A program made the position numbers and the translations under genes. Positions 61,313-64,000 of a stretch of 64,000 nucleotides of DNA are shown here, piece after piece. Numbering within the stretch: position 1 is the stretch's first letter; the number at the start of each line of letters is the position of its first letter. Location of the stretch: contig NC_058368.1 of assembly GCF_018350175.1 (NCBI RefSeq), positions 37,822,001 through 37,886,000 on the forward strand. The letters are read 5' to 3'. The notes beneath the pieces were generated by a model that made no database searches, was not told the DNA's origin, and was given only the letters and a program-made list of their open reading frames with translations. This DNA comes from Felis catus (taxonomy: Eukaryota).

Positions 61313-64000
61313 AAATTTTTGAAATAGAAACCAGAAAAACACTGGGCAATATATCACTTCAAAGAAGATGATACAAACTAGTCAATTAGTTTCCATATAC
61401 CATGTCATCTTAATCTGACTCTTGGTTACTTTTGAAGTATTTCCTTTATATTCTAATATTGAAAATCATACTATTTTCTAGATGTCATCATTTTCATTAC
61501 CTACCCCCCCAAAAAGTTATTAGTAATTTATATTCTATTTTGAAAGCATATTAAAGTTGATACTGGAAGAGACTGTCCTGTTGAGATACATACAGTTATG
61601 ATTCAGTGTGGATCCCACTGGAATACTGAAGTTAATACACTGAGGCTTTCCGTGGCCCCAAAGGGAAGGTTGTGGATCAAAGCCAGCTCTCCCCTAATAC
61701 TTGCTGTCTTACAAGGGCTGAGCCCATTTTCAATATTCAGTAATCTATCCTAGATTTCCTTTCTCCTGTAATTCTGACCCTCATACCAAAGTGACTGAGA
61801 AACTAAATTAAGTACATTAGCCCACATCTTTCAGTAGCTTTACCATCAAATGTGTCCTTTCCATCCAATTACTCTCATTTATTTAAATCAAAGTGTACAC
61901 ACGTCTCCTTTTTCACCTAAAAATCTATCCGGAAAAATTCACCTGTTTTCTTTTTTTTGCATGGCCATATGAGTTATGCCACTTAAGTTCTATATGTTTC
62001 ACAAGAAGTAAGTTACATTTAGACTAACATATCTGATCCATTGGGTGGAACAGCCAGAAAGAGTGAAAGAGGTTACCTGAAGTATTAGAATCAATTCACA
62101 AAAGAAATAAGGTACCAAGCATGAATTTTATCATTATTTAAAATACCGCTTCTTCCCCAAATAACAATATATTTTTTTCTCAAGTAGGACTACAGATGAG
62201 TGATCGATAGGTATGAAGTTCATAGTTCTAACTTGGACTATTTCCATTGGGCAACTTTGGTATAAACAAACTGGCTGTGTAGAAAACCAAAAGCAAAACC
62301 TTTGTATTGCTTTTATTGAATGAAACTGCTTCAAGTTCCAAACATATGCCTACTGCTCTGAAAAGGTTAACTCAGCCAGTGGATATAGTATCTTATTTCT
62401 TTTCTTCCCTTTTTCACTCTATGGATTTATTAAGAGTATTATCGATGGCTTTCTCAGGATAAGTTCACTTTACAAAATGGCTTAATATTTGTCCCTTTGG
62501 TTCATGACTATGAGGCTAAGCAGGGATAGAGATAGACCTATTATTCACATATTTTTAAAACCCTGAAATTTGAAGTTTAGGACGAATGAGCTCATATGTT
62601 CCCTGGCTTATATAATTCTTTTTTGTGGAATGCTTGATATTCTGCCTGAGAATGGTAAGTTCATAAATGGCCATGCTGTTAGAACGGGAAAACGTCAAGT
62701 TTATACTGTCAAGGTTAAGGGAAGTGAATTCCTTTTCCTTACTTTAGGTCTTAAGCTTCTTAAACAAGCTTTTAATTTGAGTTTCTTACAAAAGATTATC
62801 TGAGCTACTGGGAATTCTTTCTAAAAGACTTACTTATGTACTCAATTAGTGAAGAAGAGTTCTGTCATCTTTCTGGCTTATAGTTCAATGAGGCTGTCTT
62901 TATGCTGGCTTTGTTTTCATAAATGCCAACCCAGGTTAAAATAACATTTAAAAGCACATTTGTTAATGACATTCACTATTTCCATTTCCATTTCAATAGT
63001 GCTAGACAATTATGACACGATTTAGTTATTTCTTTCAAATATTAACATTTCACAACGCTTGAATGCTTGTCCCATCTAAAGCTTCAAATTTAGTTTAAAA
63101 ATGTTTGTAATGCAATTGCACTTAGACGTTTAAAATCCCACTATCATAAACAAAACCATTAGCTCCACTTTAAATGACAAGAAGAGATGGACTTTAACAT
63201 GCTCTTTCAAACCATGTCCTTCTAATATGAACAAAAAATTTAAGACAGAGATATGCTACTAAATAAATTTTATATTCTTTTATCAAGGGACTTCTTGTTC
63301 TTCTTTCCTCGTAAGTATGGAGGAATCTGCTTCACGGAGACAGGTGGAAAAATCCAGCTTGCCTCTGAGCACTTCTGAATGACAAGAAAGATGGTTTCTC
63401 TTTACCATCTCTTGGGCAACCTGGATGTCTAATTAAACAAACCAACCAAACTGGCCTTGGTTAGTTCTATGACATAAGAAAACTAATTTGTCTTCAGCAC
63501 ATTTAAACATCTATAACTGCATTTTTCTCCTCTGAACAAAAGAATATTAGAGGAGATGTTCTAAAATGTCAGAGTAAATGTTCACAAGGCAGGAGGCTCC
63601 AACCTGAGAACAGAATACACCTACCTGGAGTGTGAAAACAGACCAAGCACAGAGCAAAACAGTTACTTAACTGTTGAATCCCATCACACATTTGTGACCT
63701 TTCTGTTCTAATAAAACAAATAACTACCTTTTTAGTTTTTAAGTTTTTTGGGGAGTGGGGTGAATGGTTACTAAACACGAAGTGAGGGTGTGTTTGGATA
63801 GCTTTGACTGCTTTTGCTGCTGAGTGGTAAAGATTAGAATAGCTACTATTTGGGTTTAGAGTTGTATAACTTTAAATTTCATTTATATATTTTTTTCCTA
63901 AGTACTGCTCATTCTCTGTATTTAGTATCATTATTTTCTCATACCCCATTTTACCAATAAACAATTCTAAGTGACCTGCTTAGGATCACAGGAGCATTAA

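Noticed and set aside
1..64000. CpG-island promoter, rRNA/snRNA genes, NUMT, processed pseudogene, non-retroviral viral insert, prokaryotic systems
   Set aside because: None recognised by eye. CpG-rich spots are confined to young SINEs. Diverged examples could be missed without database searches.

Overview
AT-rich, repeat-dense mammalian genomic DNA from a feliform carnivore, most likely a cat. The evidence is about 27 tRNA-derived Can-SINEs, several of the young felid SINEC_Fc type with perfect target-site duplications (TSDs), plus carnivore-type L1 3' ends. Much of the window is interspersed repeat: L1s of several ages, a TA-flanked Tigger1 with an internal deletion nested in an old L1, two ERVL (LTR16/HERV16-like) proviral remnants, MaLR LTRs, hAT remnants, L2/MIR, and microsatellites. 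Repeat family names are recalled from consensus sequences, not from a search. No ORF in the supplied track looks like a real gene. The best genic signal is a 47-nt + strand exon candidate at 7875-7921 (VFCPDAEEIILDVKY). Together with the mostly minus-strand L1s, it suggests the window lies in large introns of a + strand gene that I cannot name. I found no evidence for a new biological system. The notable items are local rearrangements: a fused inverted-SINE junction where the Tigger1 catalytic core is missing, two internally deleted L1s, a twin-primed L1 inversion, a perfect 132-bp tandem duplication, a 44-bp duplication that creates a consensus splice donor, and a 58-bp dispersed duplicate.
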